From the IMG/VR virus record IMGVR_UViG_3300044759_000067, positions 1-37,639 of that record: a stretch of DNA of 37,639 nucleotides; one strand, 5' to 3'. Both the position numbers and the translations under genes were made by a program. The notes below the pieces were generated by a model. It was not told the DNA's origin, ran no database searches, and saw only the letters and a program-made list of their open reading frames with translations. This stretch comes from a virus. Lineage: Duplodnaviria > Caudoviricetes. Shown here piece by piece: positions 17,474-25,521 of this stretch; position 1 is the first letter of the stretch, and the number at the start of each line of letters is the position of its first letter.

Positions 17474-18108
17474 TCCCACCTCCGATGCTTGCGGCGCCGG
17501 ACCTCGGTGACGGTGGTCAGCGCGGCGAGGAAGATCGACCAGTCGGTGGACGGATCGTCGTCGTAGGGTTCCACGTGAAACGCGCCGTCCTTCGTCAGGC
17601 GGACCGACACGCGTCGGATCGGTTCCCCCGCCAGCTCCGGAGACATCTCGCGCAGGAGCTCCGCGTAGGCCGCCAGCTGCAGGTCCGCGGCGACGTCGGC
17701 CGGTGAGCCCGTCTTGTAGTCGGCGATCGTCAGGACGTCGTCGTCCCAGCGGCCGAGGAGGTCGAGCGTGCCGGCGACGCGCCAGGTGGGCGAGTAGACG
17801 CGGAGCTCGCAGCTGTAGACCGTGAAGCCGGAGAGGCGCCGGAAGTCGATGCCCGCCTGGACGTAGCCGCGCAGATCGTCGCGGACGGAGTCGAGGTTGA
17901 GGTCGTCGTCGTTGAGGTAGTGGAGGGCCTCGTGGACGAGGGAGCCGCGCTCGCGGGCGGCTTCCAGGATGCCCTCCGGGACACGGCTGAAGTCGATATA
18001 GCCCGACTCTTTGAGCACCGTGGTCACGGACGGGATGACGACGCCGTCGAGCGCATACGTGTGCGTCGGTCCGTCGAACGTCAGCAGAGGCGCCGCGGCG
18101 GTCGTCAT
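17470..18108 (-). CDS. PD-(D/E)XK family exonuclease
   Basis: HTY..DG..IPSVTTVL, RGSLVH, AGTLDLL, IADYKTG, LQLAAY. Confidence 0.85.
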   Translation of the reverse strand: MTTAAAPLLTFDGPTHTYALDGVVIPSVTTVLKESGYIDFSRVPEGILEAARERGSLVHEALHYLNDDDLNLDSVRDDLRGYVQAGIDFRRLSGFTVYSCELRVYSPTWRVAGTLDLLGRWDDDVLTIADYKTGSPADVAADLQLAAYAELLREMSPELAGEPIRRVSVRLTKDGAFHVEPYDDDPSTDWSIFLAALTTVTEVRRRKHRRWE

Positions 18109-18299
18109 GTGCACCGCTCCAGCGAGCGCGCGGCGAGCTCCTGAGCGATGGCCGCGTACTTCGCCCAGACTTCCGGGAACGCGGCCTCGAGGCGGGCGCG
18201 GTTCTCGTCATCAGCCATCCGCCAGGCTTCAGCCAGGGCCTTCACAAACGACCCGCCGCGGCGGGCCATCGTCGTAATCGTGAGGTGGTCGGGCATCAC
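18105..18299 (-). CDS. Hypothetical protein
   Basis: 64 aa; GGSFVKALAEAWRMADDENRARLEAAFPE; overlapping start/stop coupling on both sides. Confidence 0.65.
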   Translation of the reverse strand: MMPDHLTITTMARRGGSFVKALAEAWRMADDENRARLEAAFPEVWAKYAAIAQELAARSLERCT

Positions 18300-20056
18300 G
18301 CGGTGGCCTCTAGGAACGCGGATACGTTCGCGCCGATAAGCGCCGCGGCCACGTCCGGTGCGACGGAGTTACCGACGAGCCGCGTCTGGGCTTTCTTGGT
18401 GAACCGGACCGGCTTCCGGGTCGTTGGATGGATGCCGCTGTCGATCTGGTAGTCGGCCGGAAATCCCTGCGCGCGAAACAGCTCCCTCGGTGTCAGCATC
18501 CGCATGCCGATGTCGACGATGACGTATTCCTCGCCCGCGATCGTGACGGTCACCAAGCCGAACCTGTCCACCGTCGTCACGGTGTCGAGCGGCAACTGCA
18601 GCGGGCGTCCGTCCTTCTTCGTCCCGTAGAACTTCACGAGGAACGCGCGGACCTCTGCGAGGTGCGTCCCGCCGGCTGTCAACGCCGGAATCGGCTCTCG
18701 GATGTCCTGCGCCGTCATCAGGTGGTCGTCGAGCCCGCCGCGGAGCTTGACCAGGTGCGACGTCACGAGCGCCTTGTTGTCGCGCGTGGTGATCGTGTCC
18801 ATCGCGAGCTGAACGGGCTGCCCGGTCGCCTCGTGCCCGCCGTTGTGCTTCGCGAGGAACGCCGCGACAAGGGCGCCCTGGCTGCCGTGTGCGGTAATCG
18901 TGTTGAGCGGGCGCTGAATGTCGAGGACGCGAGGCGCCTGCTCACCGTGCCGCCCGTGGCGTTCGCCGTTCCGCGTGTTGATCAGCGTCGGTGCAACGAG
19001 GGCGAAGCGGTTGGACGTGTCGAGGGTTGCGATCGGGTCGGACAGCTCATGAACGCGCTCGTCGCCCTTCCGCTTCGGCCCGTGGTACTTCGTGATGAAC
19101 GGCGTCACGAGCGCGAACTCACGGTCCGCGGCGGTGATGGTCCGGAGCGGCTCGAACAGCGAGTGCACGCGACTGTCGCCCTGGTGCGTGATCGGAATGA
19201 TGAATGGCTCCGCGGCGTCCAGGACAAACCGTTGAATCCCGCGCGCAATACGCCGCTGCGTCGCCGCGGCCAGCGGGCGGATCGGTGAGGCCACTCCGTG
19301 CCGCTTCCCCCACGCCTTTGCCTCGGCCCGCGTCAGGAAGATCGACGGGACCGGCAGGCTCCAGTCGATGCACTCGGCCGCTGTGCGGTACGGCAGCGGC
19401 CGCGCCGGGCCGTGCGTCGGCTTCGGCCAGCAGATCGGCTGCCCATCACAGCGCGCGATGACGAACAGTCGCTTCCGGGACGTAGGGGCGCCGAAGTCGC
19501 AGGCGCGGAGCTCACGCCATTCGACGACGTACCCGAGATTGCGGAGACGGGAGACCCATCGGCGGAAGCTGGCGCCACGCTTCTCCGGATCTGGGCGGCC
19601 ATCGGCGCCGATCGGTCCCCATTCCTTCCACTCCTCGACGTTCTCGAGGAACAGCAGCCTCGGACGGATGGCCTCCGCGCAGCGGACCGCTTCCCAGGCG
19701 AGCCCACGGATGCGGCGCGTCCGGTTGCGATCGCGGAACGGCTTCCCGCCGCGGGCCTTCGAGTGATAGGTGCAGTCCGGCGAGAACCAGGCGAACCCGC
19801 AGCGCTGCCCCGGCAGCAGCGTCTGGTAGCGCACGGCCCGGATGTTCGAGTGAACGTGCCGAGTAGCTGGGTGATTGGTCTCGTGCATCGACAGCGCTTC
19901 GGCGTCATGGTTTATTGCGACGTCTGGTGACCGGCCCAGAATCATCTCGATGCCGGTCGATACGCCCCCGCCACCAGCGAAGCCGTCGATGCAGCCTTCG
20001 TCGTCGAAGAGCCGAATCATCGGCGGGCGATGTTCGACTACTCCAGCGGGAGACAT
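18296..20056 (-). CDS. DNA (cytosine-5) methyltransferase with expanded repeat region
   Basis: Motifs I (FAGGGG), IV (SPDC), VI (ENV), VIII (TSRKR) and X (GNSV); start re-assigned to ATG 20056 after GAAGGAG. Confidence 0.9.
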   Translation of the reverse strand: MSPAGVVEHRPPMIRLFDDEGCIDGFAGGGGVSTGIEMILGRSPDVAINHDAEALSMHETNHPATRHVHSNIRAVRYQTLLPGQRCGFAWFSPDCTYHSKARGGKPFRDRNRTRRIRGLAWEAVRCAEAIRPRLLFLENVEEWKEWGPIGADGRPDPEKRGASFRRWVSRLRNLGYVVEWRELRACDFGAPTSRKRLFVIARCDGQPICWPKPTHGPARPLPYRTAAECIDWSLPVPSIFLTRAEAKAWGKRHGVASPIRPLAAATQRRIARGIQRFVLDAAEPFIIPITHQGDSRVHSLFEPLRTITAADREFALVTPFITKYHGPKRKGDERVHELSDPIATLDTSNRFALVAPTLINTRNGERHGRHGEQAPRVLDIQRPLNTITAHGSQGALVAAFLAKHNGGHEATGQPVQLAMDTITTRDNKALVTSHLVKLRGGLDDHLMTAQDIREPIPALTAGGTHLAEVRAFLVKFYGTKKDGRPLQLPLDTVTTVDRFGLVTVTIAGEEYVIVDIGMRMLTPRELFRAQGFPADYQIDSGIHPTTRKPVRFTKKAQTRLVGNSVAPDVAAALIGANVSAFLEATA

Positions 20057-20334
20057 GGGGCGGACTCCTTCTTCGGTGCCGCGGCGCGCCGGTCGGCCTG
20101 GCGGAACAGGTCGACGTCGGGGCACGTGCGGTGGTGCAGGTCCTCGATCGAGACGATCTCGATCAGGCGGCCGCTGCTTGACGTGCGGCGCTCGATGACG
20201 TCGGGGTCGGTCGTGAACGGGTATTTGCGGCCGTCGGTGCCCTCGCGCCAGATGATCGGGGCGTGACACGTCGCGCCGCGACAGGTGCCGCGATCGCGCG
20301 GACGAAACCACAGTTCGATGATGCCGGCGGCCAT
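20038..20334 (-). CDS. Hypothetical protein (Cys/His, possible Zn-binding)
   Basis: 98 aa; CRGATCHAPIIW...HHRTCPD. Confidence 0.65.
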   Translation of the reverse strand: MAAGIIELWFRPRDRGTCRGATCHAPIIWREGTDGRKYPFTTDPDVIERRTSSSGRLIEIVSIEDLHHRTCPDVDLFRQADRRAAAPKKESAPCLPLE

Positions 20335-20342
20335 GATGGGTC

Positions 20343-21449
20343 TCAGAAGTTCAGCGCCGACGAGTCGGGCGTGTTGTCGGCCGGACCGTCGTCCTCGCCG
20401 GGTTCGCGCTCATGATTCGGCGGCATCACCGCGATCGCACCGAGACGACGGCCGAGCGGTTCTTGCAGCGTCCAGTGCAACACGACCGCGTCCTTCGACT
20501 TCGCACACGTCGTGGCCAGGTCGACGAGCGCCTGGTCGCTCGTGTGGTAGTTGATTCCCTCCGCGGTGACCTCGAAGCGCTTTTCCTTGCTCTTCGCCGG
20601 CGTCCGGTCCTTCACGGCGGTGATGACGACGGGCGCCGTGACGCCGGAGGTTGGCTTCTCCGGCGCTGGCGATGATGCCCGCTCCGGCGTCGGCCCGGCG
20701 GCTCCCTCGGGCGGGAACGCCTGGTCGACGGTCGTGTCGCCCTCCTTGATCGCGGTAGCGATCCCCTTGAGCGTGGCGAGCTGGTCGAGCGTGATGTCCT
20801 GCTCGCCCTGCACACCGAGCGCGGCAAACACGCGGGCCGGCGCGGCGCCCATCTTCTGGAAGTAGCCGAGCATCGCGGCACGGCGGTCCGCGAGCGTCTG
20901 CGCGTTGCCCACTGCGACCAGGCGGGCGGCCAGATAGGCCGGTTCCCAGAACGGTTTGGGAATGTTCTTCAGGATGGCGTTACGCAGCGCGATCGAGGCC
21001 GCGGCGTTGCCCGTCACCGTGATCATGTCGTCCTTGTATTTCCGGCCGTTGCGGTCGGTGATGCGGCGGCGGACCTCGTAGGCGATCGCGACGTTGCGCT
21101 GCATGTCCCACGACACGCCGCGGCCGGTGACGAAGCGATCGTCCTCGTTGACGATCCGGCCTTCGATGCGCATGTGCCCCCACGCCGACGCCGCGAGCTC
21201 CGCGAAGCGCGCCGATGGGCCTTCGATGGTCTTGCCGTCGCGGGGCACGGCGTAGAAGCACTGGGCCGCGATGTTCTCGTCGAGCGTGGCCATCTCGAGC
21301 AGCTCCTGGTTGAACTGCCGGATGGACCGAGGAAAGCGTTTCGCGGTCGAGACCTGCACGTCGATCTCGCCGCGCGTCTGCGCTTCGAGCATCGCGCCGA
21401 GCGGCGCGGAGATTTCCATGACTTCGGCTTCGGCCTGGTCGGTGGCCAT
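20343..21449 (-). CDS. Putative recombination / single-strand-annealing-type protein
   Basis: 368 aa; EIDVQVSTAKRFPR, CFYAVPRDGKTIEGPSARFAE; sits between two PD-(D/E)XK nucleases. Function inferred from context only. Confidence 0.5.
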   Translation of the reverse strand: MATDQAEAEVMEISAPLGAMLEAQTRGEIDVQVSTAKRFPRSIRQFNQELLEMATLDENIAAQCFYAVPRDGKTIEGPSARFAELAASAWGHMRIEGRIVNEDDRFVTGRGVSWDMQRNVAIAYEVRRRITDRNGRKYKDDMITVTGNAAASIALRNAILKNIPKPFWEPAYLAARLVAVGNAQTLADRRAAMLGYFQKMGAAPARVFAALGVQGEQDITLDQLATLKGIATAIKEGDTTVDQAFPPEGAAGPTPERASSPAPEKPTSGVTAPVVITAVKDRTPAKSKEKRFEVTAEGINYHTSDQALVDLATTCAKSKDAVVLHWTLQEPLGRRLGAIAVMPPNHEREPGEDDGPADNTPDSSALNF

Positions 21450-21493
21450 GGGTCGGACCTGCCCTTCCGTGAATCGAAATTGAATAATTCTGA

Positions 21494-22015
21494 TTACCGG
21501 GATTCGATGCGGACGTCGTCGATGCAGAGGCCGCGGTCGTCCAAGTGCCGCAGGAACCGCGCCCGGCGCTCCGCAATCACCTGGTCGACGCCGATGACCG
21601 GATCGCGACGCGGATGCCCGGCGTCTCGCGTCGGCACCGCTGACACTTCAGCCACCAGCGGCCGCTCGCCCGCTGCTCCATGTCCTGATGCCCGCGCACG
21701 AAGCAGATCAGCCAGCTCGGCACGAACTGCGCGACGACGGAGGCGACGGCGGATCTCATGGGTCAGCTCCTGTGCCCCGCGCAGCAGCGCGTACGCGACC
21801 ACCAGGGCGATGAGGATGACGGCGACGTCGTAGGTGCTCATCGGTGACACTCCGCTCCGTGGCCACACGTGACACAGAACTTGCGGCCAGTCGACTTCGG
21901 CTTCTGATAGGTGGCGCAGACCGCAGGGATGTGATTCCGGGCGGGCCACGTGTCCTGATTGCAGGCGGCAGCCAGGCGGGCGACGGTCGGGCGTGATCTC
22001 GTGCTGGCCGCTCAT
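21494..22015 (-). CDS. Hypothetical protein with a hydrophobic helix (start 22015 or 21841)
   Basis: VAVILIALVVAYALL segment; a second ATG at 21841 has a GGAG RBS. Confidence 0.5.
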   Translation of the reverse strand: MSGQHEITPDRRPPGCRLQSGHVARPESHPCGLRHLSEAEVDWPQVLCHVWPRSGVSPMSTYDVAVILIALVVAYALLRGAQELTHEIRRRLRRRAVRAELADLLRARASGHGAAGERPLVAEVSAVPTRDAGHPRRDPVIGVDQVIAERRARFLRHLDDRGLCIDDVRIESR

Positions 22016-22016
22016 A

Positions 22017-22658
22017 TCAGAACGCCTCCGTCATCACGGCCGCGGCCGCGGTGTGCACGCGCGCGTCGCAGTCCAGGTCGCTGATGTCGCAGAATTCGCA
22101 TTCGCGCGGGCTCGGCGCCTTCTCCAGCGGCGGGCCCGAGAGGTCGCGGAGCAGCGTGATGATCTGATCCCGCCGGGCGCCTGAGAGCTCCTCGTGCGCG
22201 ACGGCGATCGCGTGGGTCTTGTAGACGACCTCGCCGCGGAGCCGCGCCGGCACGCTCTGCACCAGTGGCAGCGCGAACAGGTAGACGAGGATTTGCCACC
22301 AGTCCGAATCGCGCGGCTTGCCCGTCTTCACGTCCACGACGAGCAGATCGTCGCCTCGCGTGGCCACGATGTCGGGCTTGCCGGCGAGGACGCAGCCCTT
22401 GCCCTGCAGGCGGAAGGCGTTCTCGTCCTCGATCGCGACCGTCCATCCGTCAGCGCGCAACTGCCTGGCGCGCGCGGTGACGAGCAGGTTGTGCTCGGTA
22501 GACCAGGCCGCCAGGTCGAAGGACTCATCGACCTTCTTGTCGTACTTGAACGACGCCTTGAACCAGGCCGCCCAGGCGCAGCGGTCGCCGCCGGCGAGCA
22601 GCTTCGTGAGCCAGGTGACGTAGACGTAGGGACCGCCGCGTCGGCGCGTCGTCGCCAT
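22017..22658 (-). CDS. Cas4-like / RecB-like PD-(D/E)XK nuclease
   Basis: 213 aa from ATG 22658; GKPDIV, VDVKTG, QILVY, plus one N-terminal Cys and a C-terminal CEFCDISDLDC (possible Fe-S ligands). Confidence 0.8.
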   Translation of the reverse strand: MATTRRRGGPYVYVTWLTKLLAGGDRCAWAAWFKASFKYDKKVDESFDLAAWSTEHNLLVTARARQLRADGWTVAIEDENAFRLQGKGCVLAGKPDIVATRGDDLLVVDVKTGKPRDSDWWQILVYLFALPLVQSVPARLRGEVVYKTHAIAVAHEELSGARRDQIITLLRDLSGPPLEKAPSPRECEFCDISDLDCDARVHTAAAAVMTEAF

Positions 22659-22792
22659 CACCAGCTCCCTCGCGAGAAGCGGCCCGTGAGGATGGCCACC
22701 GGCGCGAGCACGATCAGCGCGAGCAGGATGCCGAGCGCGAACAGCAGCAGGACCGGCGCGTAGAGGACGGGCAGCGGCTCGTGCGTCGTCAC
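22658..22792 (-). CDS. Small membrane protein
   Basis: 44 aa from GTG 22792 (GTGA overlap); one long hydrophobic stretch. Confidence 0.55.
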   Translation of the reverse strand: MTTHEPLPVLYAPVLLLFALGILLALIVLAPVAILTGRFSRGSW

Positions 22793-23154
22793 TTGACACC
22801 CGCCTTCGCCATCCGGATCGGCACGTCGAGGAGCAGCAGCGCCGCGATGCCCTCGATCGAGCGCGCGGCCGCGGCCCGGCTGCCGACCAGGCGCCCGCGC
22901 TGTTCCGCCCACGCATCGACCATCGCGTCTTGCAGTTCGTCCGGGAGCTGCGCGATCTTCACGTCGGTGAGGACCTTCTCGCCGGCCAGGACGCGGCTGA
23001 CGTAGGAGTGGTCGCAGCCCCACACGTAGGCGACTTCCTTGACCTCAATGCCGAGCCGCTGCATCGCCAGCTTCAGGCAATCGCTCAGGTCACCGCGCGT
23101 GCCCACAGGCTCGACCGGCCGGACACAACTCGTGACTTTCGCAGCGAGCGCCAT
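22789..23154 (-). CDS. HTH regulator, CII-like position
   Basis: 121 aa; KEVAYVWGCDHSYVSRVLAGE helix-turn-helix pattern. Confidence 0.65.
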   Translation of the reverse strand: MALAAKVTSCVRPVEPVGTRGDLSDCLKLAMQRLGIEVKEVAYVWGCDHSYVSRVLAGEKVLTDVKIAQLPDELQDAMVDAWAEQRGRLVGSRAAAARSIEGIAALLLLDVPIRMAKAGVK

Positions 23155-23158
23155 CGGT

Positions 23159-23362
23159 CTAGATTCCTTCCTGATGAAACGCGACCGAGCACCCGAGGAA
23201 CACGGCGACCTGGACGGCTGGCGCGATCGGCATCGCGTCGGCGACGTAGCAGGTCGAGAGGTTCTGGAGCGCCAGATGGGTCCGCGCGCCCAGCGGGCGC
23301 AGGGACGTCACCAGGACGGGCCCGCCTTCGCTGTCGCGCACCGCGAGCACCAAGGCAGCCAT
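23159..23362 (-). CDS. Hypothetical protein
   Basis: 67 aa; GGAGG RBS; abuts neighbours. Confidence 0.5.
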   Translation of the reverse strand: MAALVLAVRDSEGGPVLVTSLRPLGARTHLALQNLSTCYVADAMPIAPAVQVAVFLGCSVAFHQEGI

Positions 23363-23722
23363 CTACGCCCGCCTCCGATGCGCCCCGAACAACGAGCGCG
23401 ACGCCGCCGGCTGGCCCCACTGCCCGGACAGCCACGCGAGCACGTCACTGGCGCGGTAGTGCGGCCGGGCGCGGTTCGGGATGCGCGCCGGGAACTTGCC
23501 GAGTTGCTCCCATCGCGTGATGGAGTAGCGGTGGACGCCGGCGACGGTGGCGACGTAGGTCAGGCTGACCGCGAAGTCGCCCAGGGCGCGGAGCTCCACG
23601 ATCTGCGCCGCCACGCGCACGTCACCGGCGCCCGGCACGCCAACAGGAGATCCAGCCGTCCTCACGATCGGCGTCTCCTCGTCGGTCGGTCGAGCGCCGG
23701 TGACGTCCGCCCGCCGCGCCAT
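23363..23722 (-). CDS. AlpA/Xis-like winged-helix protein (candidate excisionase)
   Basis: YVATVAGVHRYSITRWEQLGKFPARI...YRASDVLAWL. Confidence 0.72.
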   Translation of the reverse strand: MARRADVTGARPTDEETPIVRTAGSPVGVPGAGDVRVAAQIVELRALGDFAVSLTYVATVAGVHRYSITRWEQLGKFPARIPNRARPHYRASDVLAWLSGQWGQPAASRSLFGAHRRRA

Positions 23723-23988
23723 TACGCGTTAGCCTCAGCCATCAGGCGCGCGTATTCAGCGCTGATCGCTTGCTCTTGGAACGCGATGGCGGCGTCGGCG
23801 TTCTCTGCGGTCAGCACCGGAAACGCTCGCTCACGCGCCGCACGACCAACCTCGCCGGCCTTCATGCGCGCCAGGCGATCGCGGATGTCCTGGGCGGTGT
23901 CGCGCGGCGGGCAGACCGAGCGACCGATTCGCCGGTCAGGATTGCGACGCGGGCCGAAATGGGCGCGGAGCTCGCGAGCGGTGATCAC
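23722..23988 (-). CDS. Hypothetical protein
   Basis: 88 aa; translationally coupled to cro and to the next gene. Confidence 0.6.
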   Translation of the reverse strand: MITARELRAHFGPRRNPDRRIGRSVCPPRDTAQDIRDRLARMKAGEVGRAARERAFPVLTAENADAAIAFQEQAISAEYARLMAEANA

Positions 23989-24200
23989 GCGACGGCTCCC
24001 TTCTCGATGTAACGGTCAACCGGCCGGTCGAGCGCCATCGCGATACGCTTCAGGCTTTTAGGCGTCCGGTAGCCGCCGTTCAGGAAGCGTGTAATGGTGG
24101 ATTCACCGAGGCCAGCCGCGCGCGCCAGATCGCGCCGGTTCCAGCCGCGCCTGAGCATGTCGCGCTCGATTTCTGCGACCTTGATATTTGGGCTTGCCAT
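23985..24200 (-). CDS. Cro-like XRE HTH protein
   Basis: 71 aa from ATG 24200; RRDLARAAGLGESTITRFLNG; divergent from the repressor. Confidence 0.85.
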   Translation of the reverse strand: MASPNIKVAEIERDMLRRGWNRRDLARAAGLGESTITRFLNGGYRTPKSLKRIAMALDRPVDRYIEKGAVA

Positions 24201-24271
24201 ATGTCCAGACGAACATACGCCCGTCGATTCCATATGTCAAGCCACTATTTTACAGAACATGCCACATGGCA
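24194..24271. promoter_or_regulatory. Three operator-like quasi-palindromes
   Basis: TTGCCATATGTCCA (24194-24207), TTCCATATGTCAA (24228-24240) and TGCCACATGGCA (24260-24271); they overlap the cro start, the -35 box and the presumed repressor promoter. Confidence 0.7.
24212..24240 (-). promoter_or_regulatory. Sigma70-type early lytic promoter
   Basis: Minus strand TTGACA (24240-24235), 17 bp spacer, TATGTT (24217-24212); ATG 11 nt downstream. Confidence 0.8.
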
Positions 24272-24295
24272 GAAGACGCGCGATAGGCTGGACCT

Positions 24296-24817
24296 GTGAA
24301 GAAGGCGGCGCCGATCAGGGCGTTCGGCGAGTACCTGAGGAAACTGCGGGAATCTCAGCGAAACCCACGTCTGCGGTCACAGGGCGGTGTGGCACAGTGG
24401 CTCCGTGAGCACGGCGTCAGTGTGGACGCCTCGACGTTGTCAAAGTACGAAAAGGGCCGGCCGCAGATCGACACGGCCACGCTCTGGATGCTGGGCGAGG
24501 CGTTTGACGGCGTGACGCCAGAAGATTTGATGCGGCGGTACACCGCTGAACGGCTCAACCGGCCCGTCGAGTCAGTGCCGGCGGCCGCCGACGAACCTCT
24601 GACGGCCAGCACGATCCGCGAGACGGCGCTGCTGACGGCGTTCCGGGACTTGGAGCACAACGCCGAGATTCAGGACCACATCGTCGCGCAGACCGTCTAT
24701 TTTGCGGCAGCCTACCGCAAGAAACCGCGCGTCAGCCGCCGTCAGCTTTCCGTAGTTGACGGACATGCGCGCACGCCAGCACCTGGGCCTCGGGGGAAAG
24801 GGCGTCGAAATCGCTGA
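24296..24817 (+). CDS. Immunity repressor (XRE HTH, no S24 peptidase domain seen)
   Basis: 173 aa; FGEYLRKLRE...SQGGVAQWL...VDASTLSKYEKG; TAGGCT (-10-like) 6 nt before the GTG suggests a leaderless mRNA. Confidence 0.8.
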   Translation: MKKAAPIRAFGEYLRKLRESQRNPRLRSQGGVAQWLREHGVSVDASTLSKYEKGRPQIDTATLWMLGEAFDGVTPEDLMRRYTAERLNRPVESVPAAADEPLTASTIRETALLTAFRDLEHNAEIQDHIVAQTVYFAAAYRKKPRVSRRQLSVVDGHARTPAPGPRGKGRRNR

Positions 24818-24938
24818 GCAACTGGAACCGGCTGGGCACCTGCGCGGCCTCCAACCGTTTCCGCTTCTCGCAGAGCTCCGGCTGCTGGCACGTCGGGCAG
24901 GATAGGCGGGCGCAGAGCACGAGAGCGGAAACAGGCAC
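24732..24938 (-). CDS. Small Cys-rich protein antisense to the repressor 3' end
   Basis: 68 aa; GGGAGG RBS 8 nt before GTG; CPTC...C then LLSDFDALSPEAQ. Confidence 0.6.
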   Translation of the reverse strand: MPVSALVLCARLSCPTCQQPELCEKRKRLEAAQVPSRFQLLSDFDALSPEAQVLACAHVRQLRKADGG

Positions 24939-25082
24939 AGGCGATGCCTCCCACGGTTCAGGAACAACAAGCCAGACTAGCTGGCAAAGATAACAGGTGG
25001 TTTGGGACGGGAAGTTTTACCATAGCCGCAAGTGATTTCAAACCCCGCAAAACCATGCGGGGAGAAACCTACCGGACGATAT

Positions 25083-25520
25083 ATGCCCAAGGATAGATGC
25101 GCGCTCCTGCTCGTGCTGCTCCTCAGTTCGGCGTGCGGCGGCGATAGCCCCACCGCGCCGACCTCCACCGCGCCACCTGAGCAAGTCACGTCCCGCCTGA
25201 GCAACACGATCAGCGGCGGCGACCCCGTCTGCACCGTCGGCCCGCTCCAATTCGCCTGCAAGGTGTTCGGGCCAATCACCGCTCGCGAAGGGCGGCTGGA
25301 CGTCAAGCTGACGTGGCAGGAGAAGGACACCTGGCTGTCCCTGTGGGTGTATGACGAGAACCGGCAGATCACGGGCGGCGGCGACACCGTGAGCGGGGCG
25401 AACAGCAAGACCATCTCCGCGTCGAGCAACGTGCAGCCGGGCCGCTACTACGTCTACGTGTTCTGGTATTTCGGCTCTCAGATCACGCCGTTCGATCTCG
25501 AAATCACGTACCCGCGCTGA
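25083..25520 (+). CDS. Lipoprotein with a beta-sandwich (PPC-like) domain; moron-type
   Basis: Signal peptide and lipobox LLLVLLLSSA-C-GGDSPTAPT; C-terminal VQPGRYYVYV. Confidence 0.78.
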   Translation: MPKDRCALLLVLLLSSACGGDSPTAPTSTAPPEQVTSRLSNTISGGDPVCTVGPLQFACKVFGPITAREGRLDVKLTWQEKDTWLSLWVYDENRQITGGGDTVSGANSKTISASSNVQPGRYYVYVFWYFGSQITPFDLEITYPR

Positions 25521-25521
25521 C

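Noticed and set aside
22017-22658. CRISPR-Cas system suggested by the Cas4-like gene
   Set aside because: No repeat-spacer array or other cas genes seen in the window.
24950-24970. LexA box upstream of the small antisense gene (GTTCAGGAAC)
   Set aside because: Spacing fits neither GAAC-N4-GTTC nor GTTC-N7-GTTC; not supportable without knowing the host.
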